Positions 37,771 through 54,478 of a stretch of 64,000 bases of DNA are shown in pieces. The stretch covers positions 5,890,001-5,954,000 of the forward strand of contig CATNEN010000003.1 in assembly GCA_950097015.1 (NCBI GenBank), in the 5' to 3' direction. Source of the DNA: Macrostomum hystrix (taxonomy: Eukaryota; Animalia; Platyhelminthes). The notes below the pieces were generated by a model. That model was not told the origin of the DNA and searched no databases. It was given only the letters and a program-made list of their open reading frames with translations. The stretch's first letter is position 1; each line of letters starts with the position of its first letter. A program made the translations under genes and the position numbers.

Positions 37771-40155
37771 GCACCGATAACTGGCGTAATACTGTACGCA
37801 GAAATGGCTGGGCAACTTTTTTCTTTTATTGGCTAATTGAAAAACAATGTAAGACTTCTCTACACTAGCCTTGGATTGTAATTACTCTAAAGAGCAGAGC
37901 ACGCTCGTAAGAGTTAGTCCCGAAATGCTCTCGAGACACCAGAGAGTTCACCCGCTTGAAAATCTGCGTGGCACCCAGATCAGCTAGATAACAGCCACTG
38001 CATTCAGCGTTTAGAAGTACAGATCATCGTTTGTTTATTTTTGTTTATTAAAACTGTTCTCTGTCATGCTTTTCTTCATAAGAATGTGGGCTAAAAATGT
38101 TTCAAAAAGAAAACAGGTTTTAATGCGAATCAATTTACTGACGTCAAAAACGATATTATCATGGGAATCATCAGGAATATAGTGTGTCTTTGTGTGTCTT
38201 TTCACAACAAATGAAGCAATAAAAAGCTACAGCACCGCCTGTGAGGTTTTCCCTTAACAATGAAGTTCTTATATGAAGGCGGCCGCGTGGGCGGCGAGAA
38301 TCAGTTCGCTGTACTGGCACGCCGCTGTCTGCGTGTCGCCTTCCATGAGGTTGTCTGATCTGAATATTATTAGCTCAATTTGACATGAACCACAAGCCAA
38401 TCCAAGGAACCAATGGCGTTTTGTAAACATTATCTCATTCAAACTAACCATTTTTACGTTACAATATTTTGGTGGAGGTCTTTCTTAAACTTGGCTTCCA
38501 CGAAGCAGCCAGCAACAATTATAATTATTTTCTACAAAAATGTTATTCACTTATTTACTATTTGTACTACAATACGATCAAGCAAACGCTTATTTCTTTC
38601 CAGCTTTAAAAGCTCATATATTAGTAGGAGAAGTCGAAAAGGATGGATAATAGTTTGTACTTAACACGAACGAGAAATATTTCACTACATGCGACAGTTT
38701 CTTTTAATTCTCGGAGTTTTTTTCATTTTAAGTTTCTTATAGATTAACAAAATATAGATACTTTTTGTGCAGGTAATTGTTTTTGTCTAAACAAGAAAAT
38801 TTCAAGTATATTAAAGTTTCTTTTTTAACTAAATGTTTAGACAGACAGTAATTTATAGCAAGCATATACAAAAAAATATTCTATTTCAAAGTTTCCGTGT
38901 GCAAAATTTAAAATGTAAAAAATCAAAATATTATTAAAAATTATTTCATTAATAAGTGTTAAATTGATATAAAATAGGTTCATTAATAAGTGTAACTTCT
39001 TAGTGACTTTTTCTTCGAAAATTCGATGGTATACTTTGACCTAACCAATATGTTAGGCCTGAAAGACATAAAGTTTAGTATGGAAATTCCCACACAAGTG
39101 TAACCAATTAACACAGTAGCTCGTGTATTTTTAACTTGGCTTTTAATTTGCTGTTTTGTGGAAGATACTAGATTATCAACTAAATAGAAGAATACTAAAT
39201 ACCAAAATGTATGGTTATAAAAAAGTAGAAAAAATCTATATCATTGTGCTCTAACTTTTTTCTATTTCAATTTTCTGGAGATAATAGTAATATCATTTTC
39301 TTATTAACTATTGAACTCTTAGAAAGTGATGCATACTATTGTTGTATTTTAGGCTTGCTAATTTAAATATTTAACTGCTTGCCACATCACAGGCTTACTT
39401 GTTGATTTGTAAAACTAGTTTTTTTTAAAACAATTGCTATTAAAATTAAAGTCAAATTTTACTGCTTTTATTTGAAATTAGTTTCTTTTCTTACTTCTTA
39501 CTTACTTCATTTCTTACTTAAATATTTTATCACAATGCTATAAAAACTGTCTATCTTTTCCCAGAAAATGTTTGTACATGGATTTCAACAAACAATTGGA
39601 CATGACTATGTAAGAAAAATGATTCAAGAGAATCAAGACAAGGATTGTTAGTAATCTGGGTTTTTATGTTATAATAAAAATGGAATAAAAAAACAATTTA
39701 TGGCTAACGCCAATAAGTCATTATTATTGATTTTTATTTATATATTTCAGTCCTTTAATTTAGGGTTTAAATTTTTTCATTCAATTATAATTTAATTTGT
39801 ATATTTTATTAAAAATATCTAGTAAAATACTTCTTTAAGTTTTTCAGTTTTCATTTTTGGAACACCTGTTTTAACAACAATGCTTCTGGTCGAATTACAG
39901 ATTTGATGTACTACTAGTTTACAGCGTTTGTCATAATTTTTCTGATCAAGTTATACAGAAGCCCAAAGTTGCAGCAATAAAGAGTTATCTGGTTGGTTTG
40001 GAATTTTATTTGATAGTACAAATACTCTAACTTTTTCACAACTCTCGTTAATTTCTTAGACAAGGAGTATTAAGTGTTATTATATTATCACATGAAACTT
40101 AATGAGTTTTACTAACTGTCACAATATTTCTTCAGCCCTGTAGAACTTCATCTGA

Positions 40156-44763
<4,608 letters not shown>

Positions 44764-45104
44764 CATCGAATGCAACATAAAACATTTTTAATAAATGTAT
44801 TTTTGTGTTTTTTTCTATTCTCTTTCTGCTTGAATAATGCTATGTGATCTAAGATTATTGAAGATATTGAAAATAGTTCAAAAGCTGAACTTTTTGCTTC
44901 TTGTGTTGCTATAGCTTTGTTGTCGTTTCTGTTTTACGAGCTTTTTTATGCTAGGTTTGTCCCTTGCGCTTAGATAATTAATTCCTCCTGAGTTGGAGTT
45001 CAGCTAGCAAAGAAAAATACGCTGTGGTGGTGCTTCAGTATTTTATTTATTTGAATTTGCGATTTGACCAATTGCAGTTTGAAATATTTCTTAGTTGTTT
45101 AATT

Positions 45105-45423
45105 ACGCTCGCACCAAGGTCCCTAAGTTCGATTCCACTGCAAGGCCACATTTATTTGGGGCGCAGCCGCGGAGAGAAGGCTGGGGGCTTGTTGTGCAAT
45201 TTAATCCCTTGACGGCCAACCTCCAAGGCACAGTCAAATGTACTCTGCCTGACGATGAGAAAGTCAGAGTAGATGTACATACCTGTGTGAGCGTGCCTGC
45301 GTAGGGTATCTGTGTGCGTGTGTGCTCAGGAGTCCGCGAAATGGGCAGAATTGCCTCATCGCTGGCTGCGGGTCTAGTCTCACCAAATGATGTTCCACTG
45401 CCCGCAGCCCTCCTGCAAATATA

Positions 45424-45457
<34 letters not shown>
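45105..45457 (+). mobile_element. SINE family B copy with long (ATT)n tail
   Basis: Colinear with 32485-32853; B-box gttcgattcc. Confidence 0.85.
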
Positions 45458-45458
<1 letters not shown>

Positions 45459-46514
45459 ATACGCTCGTAATACTTCTCGTTAAAGTTGTTGCTAATTAAA
45501 TTTTACAAAATAAAACGGCTTATTTTGAGGCGTAATGCTTCCTTTTAACTACTTCTTAAAAGTTGTTCATAACTTTATTTGTACGAGCTATTGTTGGTTT
45601 CGTTTATGCAGAAACTTTGCGATTTGCGCTAGCTTTGCCTGGTCGGTTTCCAGCGACCACAAATGACTGAGCAATATTTTAACTGGCTTAGCTTGAAGAA
45701 AAATTATATTGCGCATTTTTTGTTCGCGTTTTTAATGTAATACATAAATTTTATACATCGAGATACACATGTCAGATTATATTTGGGAACATTGCTTACG
45801 TTTCATGCAGGCTTATGCTTTTGATATAGTCTTGCACTAGTCCACAGTTTTTTGCTCCAAGTTTAGCTTAGCTAAAATTAATGTTGTTTTTTGAGTGGTA
45901 TCTAGTCGATTGTATCTTCACAAGGTTTTGGTATTTCGAGGTGCGTTTTTGCTGTTGAAATGAGTTTTGATAACTTTGGTTATATTTTGAAGACTCGTTC
46001 TTTGTTAATTTTTGTCGTGTTTATCATGTTTGAAATATTGTTTTAAAAATAAATTTTTCGAATAGTAACTGCTTGTTTGACTGTCCATTTTCTAAACCAC
46101 AAATTTGGTTCCAAAGTTTAAATAATTGATTTTAAAGGTGCAAGGGAGGTTCAATTCATAGACTGAACAGCTGTATGAACAATACCCTTGGAAGCTAAAT
46201 ATTTATCTATCTAACTGTATCAAGATAGATAGGGATTGGCTACCAAATATATACTTCGTGGGCCGAAAAGAGAGTTCAAATCGATGACAGTGGTCCAGAT
46301 TGATGAGGGGAGAGTTTAAAAAAAGGAAAGATGAGACAGAGTAAAGATGAGAGACGGGAGAGATAAGACAGGGGAGAATTGAGAGGAGGAAGATGAATTT
46401 CTTTAGTTCAGGTTTTATTGAGCTACTAGGAAAATAATTTGCTAATTAATTATGTTCATGAAACATGCCTACTTTCAGCAGCCTTAACTGTGTGCCAAGA
46501 CTCTTTGAGATAGG

Positions 46515-47567
46515 ATGCATTCCTCGCGAGCCTCGGCTGTGCCAATGACTAAAATGGCTCGCAAGCGAATTCAGCTCCAGCGGCAGCGTGAAAAGTCTCG
46601 GTGCTCGGGCCACCGCCCTGACCGCGACCGCAGTCGAAGTCGAAGCCCCGGTTTGCAAGGCTGCCGACAGTGTGGCATGGTCTACTCGTCGGCTCGGTCA
46701 TCCGATGTGCGTCGACACGCGCGTTACCATAGAAACCACCTAGACGCTGCTGAAGCTTTTTTTGTTCGATATTCAATGGCTGGTGACTCCGCTTGTCGTG
46801 GGCGTCGACGCATTGTAAAAGCGTTTTTCAATGGCGATCGAATTTTCCAGCTGACTGGCGAGCAAAGACCGCCAGCTTCCGCCGAGTTGGCCGCCGTGCG
46901 CCTGATGCGACGCGATCTGGCCGGCGCCGCTGCTGGTGACGTCGAAGACGACAACGATACGGCTTGCTGGCAGGCTGCTGGCTGTCCGGGTCGCATTGTG
47001 CTGATGTTCGCGAGACCCGGTCAGGGCATTATCGGCTGCTGTGTAGCTGAACCGATTCGAAGGGCTTACAACGTGGAGTTAGCCAGCGGAAACGGCGCTG
47101 GTAACGTCGAAGGGCACCCAAATTGTGTCGAATTTAATTCGATTAGTTGCAATAATTTTCGCAATGAAGCCTCTGAAAATGGAAGTGTTGATGCTGGACG
47201 AGGTGCCGATGACAATGAAAGCTGCGAAAATAGAGACTTCAATGATGCTAGTGACAATAACAGACATCGTTTTAACAATGCCTGCAGCTTCGAACCATCT
47301 CCAGACGATAGCGGACATAATCTTCAAGCGTTCCTCTGTCGTTCCGACATTGTCGCGAGAGCCTCGTGTGGCATCTACCAGATCTGGTGTAGAACAGATC
47401 AGCGGCGCACGGGGGTGGCCACTGCTCTGCTAGACGCTGTTCGCGAAGTCCTGTCCCCCGGTCTTATTCTGGACCGGCTTCAGGTGGCGTTCTGTTCGCC
47501 TAGTCCAGCTGGATACCAATTGGCAAGAGCCTACGTTGGCGGTGACCGATGGGTGCTAGTGTACTAG
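46515..47567 (+). CDS. Eco1/ESCO-type cohesin acetyltransferase, intronless (350 aa)
   Basis: Zinc finger CRQCGMVYS..DVRRHARYH; IIGCCVAEPIRRAY; acetyltransferase motifs CGIYQIWC..RRTGVATALLDAVR..VAFCSPSPAG. Confidence 0.85.
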   Translation: MHSSRASAVPMTKMARKRIQLQRQREKSRCSGHRPDRDRSRSRSPGLQGCRQCGMVYSSARSSDVRRHARYHRNHLDAAEAFFVRYSMAGDSACRGRRRIVKAFFNGDRIFQLTGEQRPPASAELAAVRLMRRDLAGAAAGDVEDDNDTACWQAAGCPGRIVLMFARPGQGIIGCCVAEPIRRAYNVELASGNGAGNVEGHPNCVEFNSISCNNFRNEASENGSVDAGRGADDNESCENRDFNDASDNNRHRFNNACSFEPSPDDSGHNLQAFLCRSDIVARASCGIYQIWCRTDQRRTGVATALLDAVREVLSPGLILDRLQVAFCSPSPAGYQLARAYVGGDRWVLVY

Positions 47568-48295
47568 CAGAGTTTAGCGTTGTTGATGATGGTGTTCTGA
47601 CAGCGGAGTGAGGTGGATGCTGGTCAACTAAAACTGAATTGAGTCGGGTATCAAGTCTTGAAGACTTCTTATTTACTAGCTGCAACTCTTTATTTACTAC
47701 TATCTTGATGAACTGATTGTTCGATCATACAGCATTTTTCAGTTTCATCCCGAAAGGTATGAAACTTGCAACATTTTTCCGAACTGTTTTGCATGCGAGC
47801 CTTCAGTTTATTTAAAACATTTGTACGAACTTAGGCGTGAAATTCTTTGCAGTTTTCGGGCAAAATTAAAATTTTGCATTTGGTGTTATTGATCTTTCCT
47901 TTAATGTTTTTCACGAGAAATTTGTAACGTTTTGAAATTATAGTTTTGTTGCAAATACATAAATCAAATGCATTTGCAGCTTCGAACCATCTCCATACGA
48001 TAGCGGACACAATCTTCAAGCGTTCCTCTGTCGTTCCGACATTTGTGTGAGGAAACTAACAAAGGAAATGTATTTTCACAAAAATTAGTTTTATTCATTA
48101 TTTAGTTATTGTATTTAAGTAGTATATACGAGTAGTTACATTGGCTTTTAGTCAAGATGCGAGATATGAGATTTTTATTAAAGTTGCTGGTCTTGGCCTA
48201 GTGGTAATTCTGCTGAATTCTGTTAAAGCGACCCCAGTGTAAGCCATCCCATCTTTCAGTCGCATAGTCTGACACTTAGGCTCCGACAACCATGG

Positions 48296-50431
48296 TCAGG
48301 GCACAGAATCTCGACTGTCGATGCGAAAACCCGGCGGCGGACGCAGCTGCGGATAAACCTGGTGAATATACCAGTCAAAGCTGCGGCAATTCAGTCGTTT
48401 GCGCAGAGCGATCCGATCTGAAACGTCGCCCATATCTGCTGGTGGACTGCCGCTTTGATTGTAGTGCATCAGAGCATAGTCGTCTAGCCACACGCGAGCC
48501 AGTCGGGCCGTGTTCCTTCGAAACATCTCCGCTCCGCCTTCCTGACCGAAACTGTAAGGAAAATTGCGCCGGAACACGTGGCCAACAATCGAGCAGGGTG
48601 CGATTTCAAGTCTACCGCCACACATCCAAGCTTTGAAGCTTAGCTCGAGATTCTCGGCGCCCCACACGTTGAATCCTGGGTCGTAGCCGCCAAGACGGTA
48701 GAAGTTGTCACGCATGATAGCAAATAGACCGCCAGGCATTGTGGGACTGGCAACAGGCTGGGTGCTGTTCTCAAATGGCGCGGGTCTCAATCTGTGCCAA
48801 ATAAACTGTAGGCTCCAGTCGAAGCCGCCGACTAGGAAAACTGACCGCTTCGTTACGGAGAACGCGAAGCTTCTGTCGTTAATTTTTGCGATGACGGGAA
48901 CAACAACGGCCAGCGGCTCGGCGGCTAGGCGTCTTAACAGTGGCGGCAGCCAGCCTGGCGCGCACTCACAATGGGAGTCCAGGAATACCAGGGCGGCAGA
49001 TGAGGCTTGTCGTGCGCCCAAAAGGCGGGCCCGAATTAAGCCTTGTCGAGTGGCGGCGCGAAGTACCCGAACTCGGCCTTCGTATCTTAATGAGTTTTTG
49101 ATGGGATTTTCTCAATTCCTAATTTGATTTGCCCGCCCATGTTTCCAAGTGTGATGTAGGGCTGATGGTTTAAAATGATAGCTGCGTCTGAATCACGAAA
49201 AACTATTTGATATTGGTGCGGAACAGACAGTCCTTGGGGTGAGGTATTCGAGTTGAAAAAATATTGAAGAAAATGAGTGACAAGTTTACTAAAATGTATT
49301 ACTTGATCACTGGTTACTAGTCGAGAACTAGAGAACTTTTTGTCTGTAGGGTCCTTGCATTTAGCTATTGCGGTGCGGTCTACAGACCACTCTACAGACT
49401 ACAGTGCACACTACAGACTACATGCACACTACAGACTACAGAGCACACTACAGACTATATGCACACTACAGACTACATGCACACTACAGACTACAGAGCA
49501 CACTACAGAATACAGAGCACACTACAGACTACAGAGCACACTACAGACTACAGAGCACACTACAGACTACAGAGCACACTACAGACTACAGAGCACACTA
49601 CAGACTACAGAGCAAACTACAGACTACAGAGCACACTACAGACTACAGAGCACACTACAGACTACAGAGCACACTAGAGACTACAGAGCACACTACAGAC
49701 TACAGAGCACACTAGAGACTACATGCACACTACAGACTACAGAGCACACTACAGACTACAGAGCACACTACAGACTACATGCACACTACAGACTACAGAG
49801 CATACTACAGACTACATAGCGCCCTACAGGACAAAAATCGGTGGGAAAAGATGTGAAAATGTGAAAATGCTCTATTCTTCTGTCAATTGCAGTCCTGATT
49901 ATTAAACCTTTCTTCCATTAAGTGGGTCTCCAGTTGTCTCCCGAGATGCTCGAGCGTTGACGCATCGTCAACTAGTAGTATCTCGGTGACGATGCCAGGT
50001 GGTGATCGGTTGAGCACGGAGTGTACAGTCCTCAGCAGCACACTCCAGGCCTCGTTATGAAAGCAGATGATCACGGATGCTTTGGGCATGCTGTCTCTGT
50101 GTCCCGGCCAATATTTGTCTTGTTCAGCCTTTCGACATGCTTCAGACCTTGGATCCCCAATGTCGCGATCCAGACTGAGTTGTCTGCTGGCGGACTCGTT
50201 GAACTGATACAGCCGCCATCCTCGAGCCTCGGCTGACTCGTGTGTGGTGTCATCCAGCTTCTTGGTAGGTACAGGTGCGCAGCAAACTGTCTGTGACGCT
50301 TGCCTGAACAGACAGACGGATCTGAATATCCAAATTGTCAAGGCAACTCCGAGAATAGCGAAATAGATGGCCTTACAGCAGCTACGCTTACGAATTCTGG
50401 TTACTATGGCCATGGCTCTGTGTCCCTGCAT
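48296..50431 (-). CDS. Polypeptide N-acetylgalactosaminyltransferase (GALNT/pgant) without ricin domain; exons 50431-49908 and 49085-48296 (~437 aa)
   Basis: Type II TM; [68 protein letters not shown]; phase-2 GT-AG intron. Confidence 0.9.
49380..49818. repeat. Intronic minisatellite, 19-bp unit GAGCACACTACAGACTACA
   Basis: Directly visible array inside the GALNT intron. Confidence 0.95.
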
Positions 50432-50891
50432 GAGAATGCACCCGATTCTTTGTTATAATTTTAGCTGCCACAAAGTTTCAGGCCACAAATCTGCTTCTTA
50501 AAGATTTTTGTTTGATCAGCGGGCTTTTGTTTTCAGTGGAACAATGAGTGTAAGTCAGTTTTAGAAAAGAATTATAAAAATGGGCTTCTTCTTCATTATT
50601 CAAGTTATTCTTATCCAAAACTTTTTTACCTTTGGCGATTAACACGATAGATTACTGGATTTGCATTTTTTTAATGCATCAAAAAGTTTTGTTCAATATA
50701 CCAAAAGTAGTACAATTTGAGTAATACATGCTCAAACAAGAAAATTGTACTCGGACACTAATAACCAAGAGTTAACTAGACACTGGGGGCTCCGTTATGC
50801 TGTAAGAATATAAAATCTACTAGCTCATCAGGTGTGAATAATTTCTTAAGTTAAAAAAATTAAACTCTTAATAGAAAGTTTTTTTGAGTTG

Positions 50892-52511
50892 TCAGTAACG
50901 CATCTTCTTCTCATTGTCTTCCGCAAGCAGTCCTGTTTCAGTCCACATGAGCAGCACCAGGTCGTGCACAAACTGTACCAGCTCGCAGACAGTCAGCACT
51001 GACATGCCCAGGTAGATGCCGAGAATGCCCCCGACGTCGGCAATGAAGCTCTCGAAAGTGTAGGCTCGAGCGAAGGTCACCTTGTCGGCCATCGGTTTCT
51101 TGGCCGATATCTTCAGGCGCAGCATGTTATTTCGCAAGTAGTCAGCCACCTGGCTATAGTTCCTGGTCGCTAGGTACGGCGCGAGGTACTCAAGTGCAGT
51201 TTTAGTCGATGCCGATTTCAAATACTGCATATAAAGAAAACCTTCAACGTCTTCAACAATGCTTTCAACAGGCCACACAGTGCTCCTGGTGAATGACAGG
51301 TACTTTCGCTCAGTGCAGGGACGCAAGTTGGAGCAGTGCTGCAGCGGTGCTTTAATGCTCAATTCTAATCTCCTTTCTAAGTACGTTTCTATGTCCTGGA
51401 TGCTACCCCAACCGCTGCTCAGGTTGAACAGCAGTCGATCAGCAGGTGGCCACGGCTGCGGCAGGTACCCGAGCGAGGCATTTAACACGCGCTTAAACTG
51501 GGTCTGCATGGCACTGTAGTAGCAATGACCGTAGTCATAGGCCACTGAATAGGCAGAGTTGTCATACGGATTCACCATTTGGACGCTTGGCGGACTCTCG
51601 ATGCATTGTGTGGGGTCCTCAGTGTGCACCTCCTCCTTCATCTCCAACTGGACAGTGTAGGATCGACCACCCTCGAGAACCAGAATATCATCGAATTCGC
51701 TCGGATAGTGTCCGGGCCTTGTTATATAGACCTTTAAATTCGAACTGCGAAACTTGGACGCCAGGCTGACTTTATCCAGAGCCCAGAATGGCGCTGTGAA
51801 ATTGCTGAACTCATTGCTGATGACTGGCAGCGTCGGGCGACCCATTCTGCTCTCTGGAGTGTCAATCATTACTTCGAAGTGCAAGGAGTCGTCTGGACGA
51901 GTGAACCGCATCGAGTCCCGCTGGGATCTACTCAGCGAGATCCTGAAACATCGCAGATGCATCGGGTGATAAAATGGAGTTGCATCTACTTGCGTGGTGT
52001 TGAACTTAAGGCCGTTAGTTCTCATTAGCATAGCAAGAAAAATCGACTGCTCCAGCGTGTGTCCCATTTCATCCACAAGACGGCGATACGGCATTGAGTT
52101 CATGCGCATCTCCGCGGCCTCATATTTCACTTCAGAGCAATACTCAGCAGGCAGCTGACTGCACCAGACCTCTGTAGCCGCATCAACATCTCGCAGCATA
52201 CGATGCACCATCGCGGCAAATTCTTCGCTCACGTCCAAGTGTCGACTGCCTGACATCGGATTGTCGAAACAAAAGAACAGATCGGGGTACTCGAACGGAA
52301 TCTCGTCCGATTTGAGATTGGTCGTCACGTCGTTCGCTTGGAGACGGTTGATGAAGCCGACAAGCTGCCTGATGAACAGGCCACAGCAGACCAGCCATGC
52401 CAGTAACCACAGCACCCTCGTGTACGCTCGCTTCTCGTTGACGAGACGTGCCAGAGCGTGGGCATTGGTTTTTTCAAGGGCCTGTGTGACCAGATCGCTT
52501 TCCTTCGTCAT
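50892..52511 (-). CDS. DEG/ENaC (amiloride-sensitive sodium channel family) subunit, copy 1, intronless, 539 aa
   Basis: TNAHA pre-TM1, TM1 RVLWLLAWLVCCGLF, YPDLFFCFDNP, TM2 ADVGGILGIYLGMSVLTVCELV. Confidence 0.9.
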   Translation of the reverse strand: MTKESDLVTQALEKTNAHALARLVNEKRAYTRVLWLLAWLVCCGLFIRQLVGFINRLQANDVTTNLKSDEIPFEYPDLFFCFDNPMSGSRHLDVSEEFAAMVHRMLRDVDAATEVWCSQLPAEYCSEVKYEAAEMRMNSMPYRRLVDEMGHTLEQSIFLAMLMRTNGLKFNTTQVDATPFYHPMHLRCFRISLSRSQRDSMRFTRPDDSLHFEVMIDTPESRMGRPTLPVISNEFSNFTAPFWALDKVSLASKFRSSNLKVYITRPGHYPSEFDDILVLEGGRSYTVQLEMKEEVHTEDPTQCIESPPSVQMVNPYDNSAYSVAYDYGHCYYSAMQTQFKRVLNASLGYLPQPWPPADRLLFNLSSGWGSIQDIETYLERRLELSIKAPLQHCSNLRPCTERKYLSFTRSTVWPVESIVEDVEGFLYMQYLKSASTKTALEYLAPYLATRNYSQVADYLRNNMLRLKISAKKPMADKVTFARAYTFESFIADVGGILGIYLGMSVLTVCELVQFVHDLVLLMWTETGLLAEDNEKKMRY

Positions 52512-53100
52512 TTTGAATTTTGCCCAAGCTTAGAGAAGTCATTTGGAACTTGAAGGATGAGGCTCCACCGGGTCTATCAGAGACAAATTTTGCTTAACTT
52601 CTTATACTGCGTGTCTGATCGCTGACTAAACACAGGTTTTTGTTGATTCGTTCGGCCTTGCATTACTCGTAGCATTTTCTGGCGACTTGCTTGTTGGCAA
52701 AGGAGAATCATTATTAGCACAGCCTTACTTGTGCCAATAACTTGTTAGAGTTATTATGGTTTTGAAATGTACGCTCGTACAATCGCTTTATTAGTTTTGG
52801 GCTCTGAGACACTTGCTAGAAATTGCTTTGATCTTTCCTTCGAGCGTTGAGTTGAATAATGACAATTCTTACCAGAGGACTTTGGGAACTGGTGTATCAT
52901 GTAGAGAGGTAGTTGCCCTATATGCAGTCAGAGTGGAGCCAGTTTTGACTGCCATTTCAATGTTACGTACGTCATAATGTATGTGATTGCTAAAAAACGA
53001 AAAGCGACAAACGCATAGTATAGTATCTCGTCGTATAGTATTTTGGGTAACATTTTTTACTTTCGGTGGTCTAAACATTTTTATCTTCATTATATTATAT

Positions 53101-53832
53101 ATTATAATTGCAGGAGGGCAGCGGGCAATGGAGGGTTCATCGAAGGTTCACCTCGCTGGCTGCGGGTCTAGTGTCACAAAATGAAGCGCCATTGCCTAAA
53201 ATTTCACTTCGAGGCAATTGTATTCAGGCACTCGTCAGCCTTGCATAGAACTAACTGCCCGGTGGCAATGGGGTTGTTGGAAATTTTAACAAATGATGCT
53301 CATTGGAAGTCAGAGTTTAAGGCAATGGCCATTGACACGAGCGGCGGTAGCGGTGAAAGCGGTGAAAGCGGCTCGTGTCAAAGGCCACTGCCTTAAACTC
53401 TGACTTCCAATGAGCATCATTTGTTAAAATTTCCAACAACCCCATTGCCACCGGGCAGTTAGTTCTATGCAAGGCTGACGAGTGCCTGAATGCAATTGCC
53501 TCGAAGTGAAATTTTAGGCAATTTTAGGCGCTTCATTTTGTGACACTAGACCCGCAGCCAGCGAGGAGGCAATTCTGCGCATTTCGCTGACTCCTGAGCA
53601 CACACGCACACAAATGCCGTACGCAGGCATACGCTCACACAGGTATGTACATCTGCCCTGGCTTTCTCATCGTCAGGCAGTTTACATTTGACTGTGCCTT
53701 GAAGGTTGGCCCTCAAGGGAGTAAATTGCACAACAAGCATAAATAAATGTGGCACCGTGGTGCGAGAGGAATCGAACTTAGGGACCCTGGTGCGAGAGGC
53801 AAACGTGCTAATCGCTCTGCCACCGACCCCTC
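53101..53832 (-). mobile_element. SINE family B copy interrupted near its 3' end by a foldback insertion
   Basis: Head and body at 53832-53541 and tail at 53130-53101 on the minus strand, with the palindrome between them. Confidence 0.8.
53151..53566. repeat. Near-perfect palindrome: arms 53151-53342 and 53371-53566, 28-nt spacer
   Basis: The arms differ by about 3 substitutions and one 4-nt indel; spacer GGCGGTAGCGGTGAAAGCGGTGAAAGCG. Confidence 0.93.
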
Positions 53833-54004
53833 TTTAGCTACAGTTATAGTGACTTAACTTCATTGCCTATTATTTTAACGACAGTTGATTTCATTTTACT
53901 ACTGCAAGTAGCAGTTAATGAAAATCACTTCTATCGCACACACATTTTTTTTAATTTTTATAATTGCATAATCGTAATTGATTGCACCTGCCCCAATTAG
54001 GCCA

Positions 54005-54168
54005 CCTGGACGCCACAACCCAGCCTTAATTACCCCAGCTAATGTTTGTACCCATTTAACAGCTAGGTGAGCTGAAGCAACGCAGAGTTAAGTGTCTCGC
54101 TAAAGGACACAAATTGTTCAAGTGGTGTCGGGAATCGAACCCCCGACCTTCAAGTCGTGAGTGCGACT
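54005..54168 (-). mobile_element. SINE family A partial copy
   Basis: Reverse complement of the B-box and CORE-like region of 34401-34642. Confidence 0.8.
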
Positions 54169-54478
54169 CGCATTATGCTTTTTCTATGAGTGCAAAGGAG
54201 TCGGATTGAAAAATTTAAATAAGAGAATATGTAGTTCATATATAAACAAAAATAGTCATATGACCCGATGACCGTAAAGCCCTGGAAAAATGTAAGGCGG
54301 TAAACAACGGAAAGCGGGGGTAATTCTTAATAACCAAAGGTCTGAAAACTGCACGAGTGCACGGATGAAAACGAAAAAATGACACAGAATTCACCGTTGC
54401 ATTATTCTTTCCAGTATTCCTATGCGGGCTAAATAATGTAGAGCGTTAACATCACACCCAGAGCCTGCTGAGGCATCA

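Noticed and set aside
45245-45345. Hammerhead ribozyme in SINE B (CTGACGA..CGAAA); also CTGATGAG at ~6637
   Set aside because: No stem II closes between the core motifs, and no stem I/III with an NUH site is found.
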